Part shown: positions 40,101 to 52,265 of the stretch, piece by piece
How the letters are laid out: each line of letters starts with the position of its first letter
Numbering within the stretch: position 1 is the stretch's first letter
DNA from: Felis catus
Taxonomy: Eukaryota
Length of the DNA: 64,000 bases
Assembly (NCBI RefSeq): GCF_018350175.1
Contig: NC_058368.1
Location: 167,464,001 to 167,528,000, forward strand
Reading direction: 5' to 3'
Program-made: the position numbers and the translations under genes
The notes under the pieces: model-generated
What the model saw: the letters and a program-made list of their open reading frames with translations, nothing else
What the model was told of the DNA's origin: nothing
Databases searched by the model: none

Positions 40101-43100
40101 AACATTCTACTAATGTCTCTAGCTGTTTGTATACATGTTATATCAGCTTTGTGATAGGTTTGCAGTGCCAAAGCCAAAACACCAGGAGGAAGTGCCAAAC
40201 CTTAACCCCAAGTTACTTCTGGTAGACCGTAGATAAGGAAAACAGCACTGAATTGGGGTGACATGAACAGTGTATGTGAGCTCCCCAGAAAGCTTATCAA
40301 AATCTGACAGCTAAACAGGACACTAGGAAACTTACCAACCAGATGATGTTCTGAAGGAAAACAAAATTGATAGAAAGTAGAGCCGTATAGCTTCAAAGGG
40401 AGCCTGATTATAGAAAATGTGAGTTTCTTTCATGAAAAATAAATAAACATATAATGCAAGTTTGTCACTAAGGAAAATATTCCATTTTTTTTGTAAAAAT
40501 TACTTTCTATGTTTTCTGAAAAAAATGTATATATACCCTCCTACATGTATGCTTTTCTGAGAAAAAGGGGAAAAAATATTACAATCCATTTTATTTAGCT
40601 CTCTCTCATACCTAGGGTATAAATAGTGGATAATAATCTGTATTGTCCAGGAGAGGAGCTAACAGCACAGTGACATTCAATAGGGGTGGGTGGGTAGGTA
40701 GATAGAGGACCGCAGACTTAGAAATGAAAAATAACCTCATATGTACCAGGTATACAATGACTACATGGAGATACAGGAGAAAAGAGACTGGAGGCCTAAT
40801 GGCCCCCACCTAACAAACAAACAAAACCATGTAGAGTTTAAAAACAAACTAATTTACCAATAGTATCAGATGATAAATAATACTGAACAACTTTAATGTC
40901 ACTGTCTTACAATATAAGAGCCTGACTGTGTACCCTTACTAAGACTGTGAGGATCTCAAGGAACAATACAGAATAAATGGAGTCAAGAATAAAATAAGAA
41001 AAGAGAAACCTGACCTTCTTAAATTTAGGCTGAAATACCAAGTTCTCTTATAGCAGCACGAATAACTTTTACTAGCTAAAAAACCCAACTTCCAGATTTG
41101 GAAAAGTCATACGCAAAGAAAATGTGTCATATGCGAAGAATATGCATAGTGTCTGGTCCATTCTCTTACTCAATGACAGTTATCTCCTGTGAGTTTTTTT
41201 TTTTTGGACTAAAGCGTTAACAATTAATTTTCATCACAAAGATTATTATCATTACTCACAATTAATATTTACTCAACAACTACTATGTGTAAAGTCTAGA
41301 AGAAATGCTACCAACATTGCTTGTTTTGCCAACAGCCACAATTCCTCACCCAATGTCTTATCTACCTGCGAAGTTCCTATTTCATCCTCTGAAGCCTTTC
41401 TTTGCTCTTTCAAGGCACACTGCACCCCATCTTCTCCTCTGACTCCTTAGCATTTTCCACATTGCTCTACTCACTAACCTAACCCTCATCAATAGCGTCA
41501 ACCGACCACTGCTTGAGCAAGTCTGCACACTGAGCACAAAATGACCTTATTTGAACGAGTATTCGCTGAAATTCTAGACTCACAGGACACCATATAGTTG
41601 TTCCACTCCCCCTCTTTGATTCCTTTGCAATATCCATACTGCCAGAAAAGCATACTTTAATAGTAAGACATCAAATGACAACGCATGGAAATCTTCAAGT
41701 AACCTGCTCATTTCATTCTGTGCACCTATACCAACAATCGGCTGACTCTCTATGCAGAAAAGAAACCCTCATTTAATCAGGGTAAAGACCAAGTAGCTGA
41801 AATCTGGGCAACTCAGGTGATTGTAATATGTAACTAGGGTAGAAAATAACTGACAAAGAGTTATAACTTCTTTTAAACCTTTTCCTTCATTTCCTACCAC
41901 AAGCCACTCAACTACATTGTTATATTGCTTGCGGTCATGTATATTGTTAATAAAAATTATTCTGTATTTTAAAAACTTATTCCAAGCACACCTAGGACAC
42001 CGTTTATAATCTATTTTTTCTAATAGACAGTCCACATACCAACCTTGAAATGAAGACAGACAACATGTCCAAATTCTTAAGTCAGAAAGTATTTATGAAA
42101 AATATGAAAAACAGAAGCTCCAAAATCTTTCCATCAGCCTACCAATATGTCATCCCCCCAAAAACAAAACACATCTACTTTCCAGCATTATGTTCCAGGC
42201 AATGATTCTCAGTTTGGAGATACAGAGAACATAGAATGTTCCCTCAAGGAACTTATATTCATTCAGTGGGATAAGAATCGTTTTTTTGTTTTGTTTTGTT
42301 TTAACAAATGACAACGTTTTTTTTTTCCCCTAGATGTATTGGTTTACAATTTTGAAACATTTGCCCATCTGTAATCTTATTTAATATTTATGATAATTTT
42401 GTGAAAGACTGTAATTACTTTACTAATGACAAAGCTTAGGTTCAGAGAGGTAGAGTCATTCGTTCAGTTCACACAGTTATAGGTAACAGAGAATGTAAAC
42501 GAAGTTTCTAAATGCTTTTCCTAAATCCAGGGACAAACATCATGCTAATTACTGGGTTGTATGCAAAAGGATTAAACTAGGGTCCTGAGACCTCAAAGGA
42601 GGCTGCAATCTAGTTATGGAAGGAAGCCAGATAAAATGATTGGAATATAATGCACTGCAGTATTTGCAAACACTAAATAAATGATGGAAGGTCAGCTGTT
42701 CTCTAGCACCCCAAAGAAGGAGCAGATTGAGATTAGAAAGATGGGTAAGGCTTTTTTTAAAAAAAGGTGAACCCTGGGCTGAGTCTTAAAAGGATGGATC
42801 AAGTTAAATAAGCAGGAAGAGGGGAGGCAGAATCTCTTTAGGATAATGTGTCTCATTATAGTCAATTTTGAAAGTTCCCAATAAAAGTAATTCCACAAAG
42901 TATGCATCACCAATTTTCACTTAGTATATGATTTAAAGCCAAGAAAATTTCACCACTACAGCCAAATTCACTGACTATAGGGAGCACCTGGACTCTTCTC
43001 TCAGAGTTATCCATTCAAAACCACTTTCTTAAAAAAAAATAATAATAAATTCATCATTGAGGTATTTGGTGAACCTCTACTATGTGCAAGATAATATGCT

Positions 43101-43232
43101 TGTGTTCTGAGAAGTACAAAGTATAGTTTTTATTCTCTACCAGTTTACACTCTTGTTAAGTACAGACACAAAAATGTAGATGCTCAAATTAAGTATCATG
43201 TGAATAAGGAACTTAAGAATGGCTGGAGCAGT

Positions 43233-43436
43233 GGGGCTCCTGGGTGGCTCAGTCAGTTAAGCGTCCAACTTCGGGTCAGGTCACGATCTCACAGTTCATG
43301 GGTTCAAGCCCCGTGTCAGGCTCTGTGCTGACAGCTCAGAGCCTGGAGCCTGCTTCAGATTTTGTGTGTGTGTCTCTCTCTCTCTGTTTCTCTCTCTCTC
43401 TCAAAAATAAATAAACATTAAAAAAAAATAAATAAA
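43233..43436 (+). mobile_element. Can-SINE (SINEC_Fc type)
   Basis: ggggctcctgggtggctcag head; TSD aagaatggc(t/c)ggagca at 43215-43230 and 43437-43452. Confidence 0.96.
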
Positions 43437-45109
43437 AAGAATGGCCGGAGCATAAGTGCAGCCACCATACAAAAGATGGGATTTAGATATGCTGGATGCT
43501 GGGATGGTAGTCCTGGCCAGTTAGCAGCCAACAGTGTAAAGTATCACATGAGTAACATGTATTCAGTAAACTCATCTGACACGCTGCACAGGGTCTACTT
43601 GGTGTAGGAACTGTGTAAGGCAGGAGTTACAAACTTACCAGGAATGAAGAGCAGTAATAGAAGGCTCAAGAAATTAAATAGTTACTTTACATTATACTCA
43701 TAATTTTATATTCCATCAGTCTCGACTCAGCTGCAGTGACATCGTTGAACGTCTGAGTCTGGGTGTAAGGGACTGGTGCAAGAATGTATACCTTCCTATG
43801 TAGTAGTTCCTTTGAGACACTCAATTTCTCTCCTTTGTTAAGGCTGCCTTGCTTTGATATGGTTTCTGCATTTCTGGTTTATATAATTGACAAGTGCACA
43901 CATCGGAACAAAATCCAGTGCCACAACCTTCACAACTTTTAAGCTGTAATATACTGCATGTACACTGGGTACACTACTGAAAAGGCAATCTTTAAAGTCC
44001 CATTCGTGCCCAGAAAGGTCATGATACACCGACATACATGTCTTTCGGAGCTGCCTGGGAGACACTGGGTTCTTTGAATGTGGCCCTGATCATTTTCCCA
44101 GAAAGATGATCATGCCTTCCATGCCTCGGCTGTTTTAGGGCCACATGTGCTAATTTAATTTATAGTGTTAAGAAGAACCATACCAGTTTGAAAGGGAGTG
44201 CAATGTGAAGAGCTACTCCTAGTTTTGTAACCACAAGGGATCCCCTGCTTCTCTGAACATGAGAGAAGGGAGAGCAATGGAAAATACTAAACTTGGCCTG
44301 GTTGCTGGTAATGTACTTAATCCATGACCACCACAGGTGTGGAGGCAATGTCTGGAAGGAAAGTGAGATTTAAATGGGGAAGGAGGAAAACACGGGACTC
44401 TGAAAGCTCTTAAAAGTATTCAAACCAGTCAACATACCACTGGAGGAAAACTCTGGTTAAAAGAGACAGGGGGGAGGGGTTTCCCTGAAAGAAGCATTAA
44501 TGCCAGAGCTCGAGGTCAGAACAGACTTCTGGATGTGGCCTTTGAAATCACACCTTAGCCAATGGCTTCTTGCTGCAGGCTACACATAGAGATTGTTAAG
44601 GCGCTAAGTCTGCCTTTCATGCAGAAATGCTCATCAGCTTTTCTTTAGCCATGGATGATTCCAAGAGGGTGAGAGAATGCTAAATCCTTAGACAGATGAC
44701 CAGACAGATGGACCCAAGGGAGGAGATGATCTATCCTAGAGGAGAGTTGGGGGCGGAGGCAAGAGTCAAAAAGCAGACAAGAAAAACACAAAGGGCGTGC
44801 TACTCTTTACGTTTTACAAACATACATAATTATACTTGTAATGAAAATACACGGTCAAGACAAAAGAAACACAGAGTAGTCATTCTGATGTATCATCTAA
44901 AACCAGATTGAGAATGTGTGACAAAACCCATTTATGTAACAGTCTACTACTATAAAAAAAATCCTGTTTATTCCTTCACCTATTAAAAAAGAAAAAAAAG
45001 GCTTATTGAAATGAAATGATGTCACTCAAAGAAGTTGATTGGCCACAACCTTTTTGCCCTAAGTTTATGAAAACATCACTGCAAAGAATATGAGCAGACT
45101 GAAGAAATA

Positions 45110-45660
45110 ATGCAAATGTAAAAAACACATGAAAATCCTCTTCCTTAGTGAGGTAATCAAAGATATGGAAAGTCACTTTTGCTACAAATTATTAAAGTTG
45201 ATGAAAACATCATTCAGTACTTTCAGATGCTTTAGGACTATAAATCTGTAAGATTTATTAAAAGCAATTAGGCAATATACACTCAAAATCTTCAAGTGTT
45301 CATAGATTTTGACCAAGAAAAGTCCAATTCTAGGAATCTGTCCTAAGGAAATGAATAAAATATGGAAAAATAGTTGTTTATAAGTTTTAATCAAGAAAAA
45401 AACTTTTACATAAATATTTTAATGACACATATAATTACAGTATGGAGAAAAATTAAGACAGAATTATGTTCCCAACATGATCACAACTATATAGAAAGAA
45501 CAACAAAATCAAAGTTTTCATGATAGACAGAAAATATTGAATGTTAATATACCAAAGCACAACCAACAATAATGTATGAATTTTTATTTTACTTGTAACT
45601 CATTAGAACCTTACAAATAGGTTACAAATGATAAACATCATGCTCAGAAAAATGTATTTA
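45110..45660 (+). mobile_element. Old L1 (L1ME-like) ORF2 end / 3' UTR relic
   Basis: aaagcaattaggcaatatac...ttttgaccaagaaaagtccaattctaggaatctgtcctaaggaaat; A-rich. Confidence 0.65.
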
Positions 45661-45841
45661 AGAGTCTTCAACTCCAAAAGTAGCAACAAAAGTTACCACA
45701 AAGCTACTCCATGAACTATTTAAGAAGGAATAACAAACATGGGATAGAGTTGATATGGTCAATTTTCTCTAATACAACATTGACGTGAAACTGGCATTGG
45801 TTATACATGGTATAGAGAGGCCTATATCATTATGTCTCACA

Positions 45842-45843
<2 letters not shown>

Positions 45844-45874
<31 letters not shown>
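45844..45874. repeat. (AC)15 microsatellite
   Basis: Read directly. Confidence 0.95.
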
Positions 45875-45876
<2 letters not shown>

Positions 45877-46440
45877 CAGGAAACCTCAACCTCAAGCCCA
45901 AAACTGTAACGAGGAAAAAAATTTTCTAAGGAGCCAGAAGCCAACTCTATAGATTTTGTACTTGAACAGTGAATAAGAAAAAAAATAAGAGATGTTCTTC
46001 GGGAACTTGACTGAATTACACATGGGGAATTTTCATGGTTGACCTAGACAAACAAACAGGTCAACTAACATTTGAATCATGCTCTCTATTCTATTGATAT
46101 CTGCAGACATCCAAATTATTTTTGTATTACAAACATTTGGTAGATACATCATCCTTTTTTTTTTAATTGCTGTTGTTATAGGATAGAGTGAGCATCCTTC
46201 TAAGTCACATGTTCTCAAGCAGATGAGATAGGAAAAAAAATTAACACTAGAAATTCTTCCAGAAAAATTAACTTTCCAAAAACATACTAACATCCTGTGA
46301 AAATCTGATTCCACCCAAGCCTTCAATTTCCCGTATGCTCAAGGATCTGGGCACACAATGGTGACCACATTTTAAGGGGAAAAAAAAATACACCAACACA
46401 CCAAGTCTTCTTAAATGTTGCCTAACTTAAAAGTTTTTAA

Positions 46441-46650
46441 GGGGCGCCTGGGTGGCGCAGTCGGTTAAGTGCCCGACTTCAGCCAGGTCGCGATCTGAGT
46501 TCGAGCCCCGCGTCGGGCTCTGGGCTGATGGCTCAGAGCCTGGAGCCTGTTTCCGATTCTGTGTCTCCCTCTCTCTCTGCCCCTCCCCCGTTCATGCTCT
46601 GTCTCTCTCTGTCCCAAAAATAAATAAACGTTGAAAAAAAAATTAAAAAA
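46441..46650 (+). mobile_element. Young Can-SINE (SINEC_Fc type) with a 10-bp internal deletion
   Basis: CpG-rich; diagnostic ggtggcgcag, cagccagg, tgggctgatgg and tttccgattc; perfect TSD aaaagtttttaa at 46429-46440 and 46651-46662; lacks cgcggtccgt present in the sister copies. Confidence 0.97.
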
Positions 46651-47246
46651 AAAAGTTTTTAATATCCTAAGATTACTTATAAAAAGTTACAGTCTTGAAC
46701 CAGAAACGAGAACCCCCCAACTCTCAGAACCTTACAGAAAGCAAACTACCAAAAAGAATGTCAAGTGAACTCTGAAAAGAGCTGCATTCTCTCTAGTCCT
46801 TAGTGGCACAGCAAGAAACTTCTGGTGGAAGGGACAAGTACAGCTGATAGCAAATTAGTAAAGATGGCAATGAGAGAACATGGTTACTGAGGGTCTGTCC
46901 TTTGAAAATAGAAATGATGAACTCTGGTTTTCAAGTACAACAAACAGAATTTGCTGCTTGCATTCAGGCTGCTCATAAACTACCCACCTTGCTTTACTTT
47001 TTATATCTGTGTTCGTGCAAAAGCAGGGGTGGGGGTGTGGGAGACACAGAGGGCCTCACCTTTTCTGTTGGCAAATATGACTAATGGGTGTACCAGAAGG
47101 AGGAGAAAAAGCGCTTCACCCGGTTATCAGCTGGCCTCACTCATGCCTCATGGCATGTTACGACACCAAGTATCCAGAAACTCTAGTTGGTATTTAGAGA
47201 GATGCCTATCAGCTTTCCCAGCATCCAGGCTAATGAATGCACTTCT

Positions 47247-47469
47247 TTTTTTTTTAATTTTTTTTTCAACGTTTATTTATTTTTGGGACAGAGAGAAACA
47301 GAGCATGAACAGGGGAGGGGCAGAGAGAGAGGGAGACACAGAATCGGAAACAGGCTCCAGGCTCCGAGCCATCAGCCCAGAGCCTGACACGGGGCTCGAA
47401 CTCACGGACCGCGAGATCGTGACCTGGCTGAAGTCGGACGCTTAACCGACTGCGCCACCCAGGTGCCCC
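47247..47469 (-). mobile_element. Young Can-SINE (same subfamily as 46441)
   Basis: Same diagnostic bases; perfect TSD tgaatgcacttct at 47234-47246 and 47470-47482. Confidence 0.97.
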
Positions 47470-48518
47470 TGAATGCACTTCTAAACATTTGCAATATATA
47501 GTAGTTCAGTTCTTGGAAGTATTTTTAATCACCTAAGAGGAAGTAAACGTGTTTGCCTCATAACCTAACAGGTAGCACATTCAAGACTTCACTGTTTCTA
47601 TCCTGAACTGCTAGGCTGCAAATGCTCAGACAGCAGATGGATGGTCACAAGTGAGAACAGAAGCAGTGACCTAAGACCAGGCCCACTTATTTATTTCACA
47701 CTATCGCTACATGGTGTGGTAGCACCCCCAAGCCTGTGCTCCCAAGAAATGGAAGAGGGTGGCAGGAAACACCCACAGGTCAGCCCTAAGCCCTTCCTGG
47801 CCAGGGCTCCCCAGCAACAGTTCCACAATTTCTGACACATGTGAGATACATTCCTGGAGCCTCTCCTCTGCTAAGAGCCACCTTTACCTCTCAGTCTCAA
47901 AGAACAAAGTAGAAGGGAAAAGAAGTTGAGGACTCCAAGTTAAAAGAAGGGGAAAAAAAGAGGTTTTCAAAGCAACTTCTTCAAAGGCCCTTTTACATTT
48001 ATTTTAAGGAGACATTTGAATTTAAGTGACACTGTCAATCATCTCCTTTTTCAAATATGACAATGCTATTCTACCCCTAACTCTTTCTCATGGCTTGATG
48101 GAAATGAGGGGGAAGTTATTTTTCTTACCTAGAAATTCACACAAAGAACATCCTGGCAGGGGCAAGTAACTCAAACGTTTTAGTTTCAGTGTTCTTTTTA
48201 ATTTGGCTTTTTTACATTTACTTAATGATTAAATAAACTTTTATAGAGAACGTGCACAAAATTTTCTGAGGACATCATCTGGGAATATGATAGACTCAAA
48301 GAGATGAAGAACACAGAATTCAGGGAGAGTAACAAAGTGGTGAACACTCCAAAGTATAATTGTTTTTTCCCTTATGATTTCCAACTTTTCAGAAGCCATG
48401 AAGCCAAATCATAAACTACAACTATAAGTATCATATCCTAAATATTATCTTTGGTGAGGCTATCAGTTATATATTTCAATGTTTAATAGGTCGTTAAAAG
48501 GAGGTTAAAAATGCTTAC

Positions 48519-48539
48519 CATGTAAATATCCCATTCCTT
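48519..48539 (-). other. Candidate 21-nt microexon of an unidentified host transcript
   Basis: Minus strand reads gacttttttgttgtatttttcag|AAGGAATGGGATATTTACATG|gtaagc; splice signals only. Confidence 0.3.
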
Positions 48540-51093
48540 CTGAAAAATACAACAAAAAAGTCAAAGGCACAGCGACTGGCTCTGGGTCGCTCCCCAAAGG
48601 GGGCAGGAAATCAGGGTACAGTCCAAGAGGCTCTGAGTTCCGGGCAGTACAGGTATTTGAGAGAGAAGAAGCCTGTCAGGTGGGCCCTGGAGGGAAGCCC
48701 ATTATAACTGTGGGGGTCCTGACATTTGGGGTAATCTAAACCTTGTTACTGTGTGAATCCGTCCTGGTGGGAGGGAGATTTAGAATGGATGCCTCTTTAC
48801 CCAAGCAATTAAGATCATTTAGGAAACAGAGAAAATGGGCAATAAGGATCTCCCTCCTAGAGAGCACTTGCTGGTGTTCAATCAAGACAGTTTCAATGAC
48901 AGCTCGATGGCAGAGATGCAGCATTTGCTGAATAAAACACCCAAATACATGCTGGGGCTCAGCCCCACAGTGGGTTTTGAAAAAATCTCTTTGAGGGCCC
49001 TGCACAGAGCATCTGAGAGCCGTCACTTTGTGTCCATGATGTCCCTGAGTCCCTGACAGAACTGAGCAGAACAAGGATGGTTCTGCTAGGGGTGACCTCT
49101 GAGGGGGTATCAGACCCCTGGAGCAAGTTGGCTCTTAGTGGTTGTGTGCTGTGTGTGAGTGAAGATGCATCTCTGAACTTCCAATCACATAAAAGCAGCA
49201 ATTGGAAAAAGCAAGTAATAAATCCTTATAAGCTCTAAAAATGATCTTCCGAGCCTACAACAACAATGAGAAAGGATAAGAGCAGGGGCTGGTCCCACAG
49301 AATCAACCATTCCCTCCTCAGCACTCTTGGAACATTCCTGTTACAGAGCTCCCCGAGTACCAGAGTTATTAATCTATTTGCCATGCGGCCTGAAGGTCTT
49401 GAGAGCAGAGAGTGTCTTTTTCACAGCCTACCTCCAATGCTTAGCACAACACATGGCACATTTTAACTGCTAAATAAATCTATGGTAAAAAAAAAAAAAA
49501 CAAAAACGAAAACAAAACTGACGAACTTTTTCAGTTACGTGATAAACCCTAAAAGACTATTACCATCTGATTGTTCTTCAACTCACAAAATGTCTACCCA
49601 TCATTTTAGGTATTACCGTCCACCTCTCCATCCTTGATGTGGTCTTTGAAGCCATGTGACTTGTAAAAATATCACTAATGACAAGCATAACTGACAACTT
49701 CTAAACGGTGAATGACAAGTGAAAACACATGTTTTCTTCTCTCCCTACTGAAGCCCTGCCCAGGTCTCCACTAACAGAGGAAGTAAAAGTCACACACTGA
49801 ATCCTTTACTTTCCTTAATTCATCAAAGCCCCATCTTTCACAAACATTGCTTGCCTGTCACGGTATCAGGGCTTGGCCGAAGGCCTTAGTGTTGGTTCAG
49901 TAACATCGGCTGTAAGCCAGCTGCGTCCAGGGCTACGGGCCACATTTTCAAAAACACATGCAGTATTTCCGATGGTCTTATACGTTGGGTATATTGAGTA
50001 TGAAATTGTTTTTCTACCAATCTGATTAAAAAGAAATCACCCGAAGGAAAATATTCAGGGACAGACTGAGGGAGCGAAACAGAGGCCACAGAAGCACAGT
50101 GATAACATTTTGGCTCCACCTGGGTTTTGGCACGTCAGTCCTAACCCCGTCTCAGGGGTAAACCAGCTCTGCTTCTACACTTGCAGGCATTCATTAAGAA
50201 TGAAGATGCATTTTCTCCCCCAGATGCCCTTGGTGGACTATGTGGCTCCTAGATGGTTAATTACTCCAGGCCAGGGTCAAGAACCTGTGGCTGGAAAGCC
50301 ACATGGAGCTCCTCAGCAGCTTGTATTCAGCTCTTCAATCTGCTGACATCAGACAGTAATTTTCACTAGTACACAAGCGTAAAGGAGTTTTGTTGCAAGA
50401 AGACCCTTTGACGGCTCTGTAACCAACTCAGCTTCAACAGGCCTTGTGACGAACTGAAAGCAAGTCAAACTTTTGGAAAGCCATTCGTTTTCTCCAAGTA
50501 AAACACTGTCTCTTGTCTCTCCTGATGCTGTCCCTGCGGAAATGACTTCCGTGAACTAAGACAAAAAATTTTGTCTGTAACAGTTTGAAACAGAGAAGAC
50601 ACTTCTGCAATCCTGACATTTGTGTTTTGTTTTGAATTCAAATTTAACATAATGTATTTACTGATCAGGAAAGAGAGAGCGGGCCTTTGGGCAAATGGAT
50701 TTTCAGGAGATTTAACTACACTGAGAGACTGAGGTGGTTTTCCATTTCATTAAGATCTCCCCAAATGGCTATGTTTTCAAACATGGTAGCACTAGGTAAA
50801 GAAAGGCAGCCTTACTTCTTGTCCCACAGTAGAGAAAAAGAGCTAGTAGGCAACAGTCTCAGAGATAACAATTTGTAGGGGCTGCCCTCTAGCACTAACA
50901 TGGCTGCTCTGCTCATCCTCACGGATCAATCTGGTCGTCTCCAGCACATCTGCTCGTGTGTTGACAAATGATGAATTCCATCTCTGAATCCATAAGCAGA
51001 AAGAGGCCGGCTGATAAACAACTATGAGCAGAAATGTATGCACCTTTCATAAGCAAGACAAATCACTCATTCTCACCAAACGCTTCCAACAGG

Positions 51094-51301
51094 AACACTA
51101 ATTTTGTATTTATTTGCACGGCATATGTACCGCGTCCGAAGCAGTGCATTAAAAAAGATCTCAGGCAGCCAATTGCTTTGATTACATTTATTCATTGCAG
51201 TATTACAAGGGCTCAATGACAGAGCAATGAAATAGGAAGCTAGTGAAGACTGAAAACACCTCATCAATGGCTTGTCAGGGTTGGAGATTTTTTTCTGGTG
51301 C

Positions 51302-51340
<39 letters not shown>

Positions 51341-52265
51341 TCATCCCTGATGTAGGGAAGATTTTTTTTTTATTTTTAAACAAAATACTGTGGCCCTGCA
51401 TCTTAAATCTGCCAGATGCCTTTCCTGTCAACCAGCAGTTATTTTTATTAATAACTCCAAGAACATATTGTGGAATTCTTTTTGTTTTCGGATCCGGTCA
51501 CGTGACTCCTTTGGCACCAGGGAACACTGGGTAAATTGTAATGTTCTAACATGCCAATGAATGGTCCCTTTCAAAGTCAAGTTGGTGATGAATTGATATT
51601 TGCTAAGGCCTAAGCAAGCACAGGGCACTATATATATATACTCCTTCTATGCTCTCTGCAATGATGGATGGAAGCAAGAGGTAGAGAAGAAGTCACAGAG
51701 ACAAGCTCAAGCTGCCAACCAAGCAACTACAAGTGGATTGTTTTAATCAATCCTCAGAAGAAGTGGCTTTTTGTATTACTTACTGTGGCTTCATTCTCCT
51801 ACTGTACACATAGATCATGGACATACTGTACCATACTGGCCTGGCTTAAAATTGGAATGCAGTAAAAAAAAAAAAAAAAAAAAAAAAAGCAAAGAAGATA
51901 CAGCTTCCTTTAGGGCCCTAGAGGAAGGCTGTTTGGGCAAGGCACTTTCTCAGAGATGCCTGAACTGAAAGTTCATATTCCATCTTCGTGAGAGATCTGA
52001 CTTTCTAAAGGAGGCTCAAGATGGATTTGCAGTTTTCCTTTAGTGACACTGGCCCTCCCCTAAAACGGAAACCTCTGGAATCAGGATACAGGTGTGATGG
52101 GTCACACAGCATCCTCCAAACCTTCTCACAACAAAGCTCCCATGGTCAAGGGTTTTCCGTTTACAGTTTGTAATGTTAGGGCAAGATATTGATGTTGTTC
52201 AAAGAAATAGACGCCTACAGCATGAAACCAACGCATGCTGTGCAAATAAATACAGAATTAGTGTT
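51094..52265. repeat. 35-bp inverted repeat pair in apparently unique sequence (arms 51094-51128 and 52231-52265)
   Basis: Reverse complement of arm 1, acatatgccgtgcaaataaatacaaaattagtgtt, versus arm 2, acgcatgctgtgcaaataaatacagaattagtgtt: 31/35 identical. Confidence 0.9.
51305..51339. repeat. (AC)17 microsatellite
   Basis: Read directly. Confidence 0.95.
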
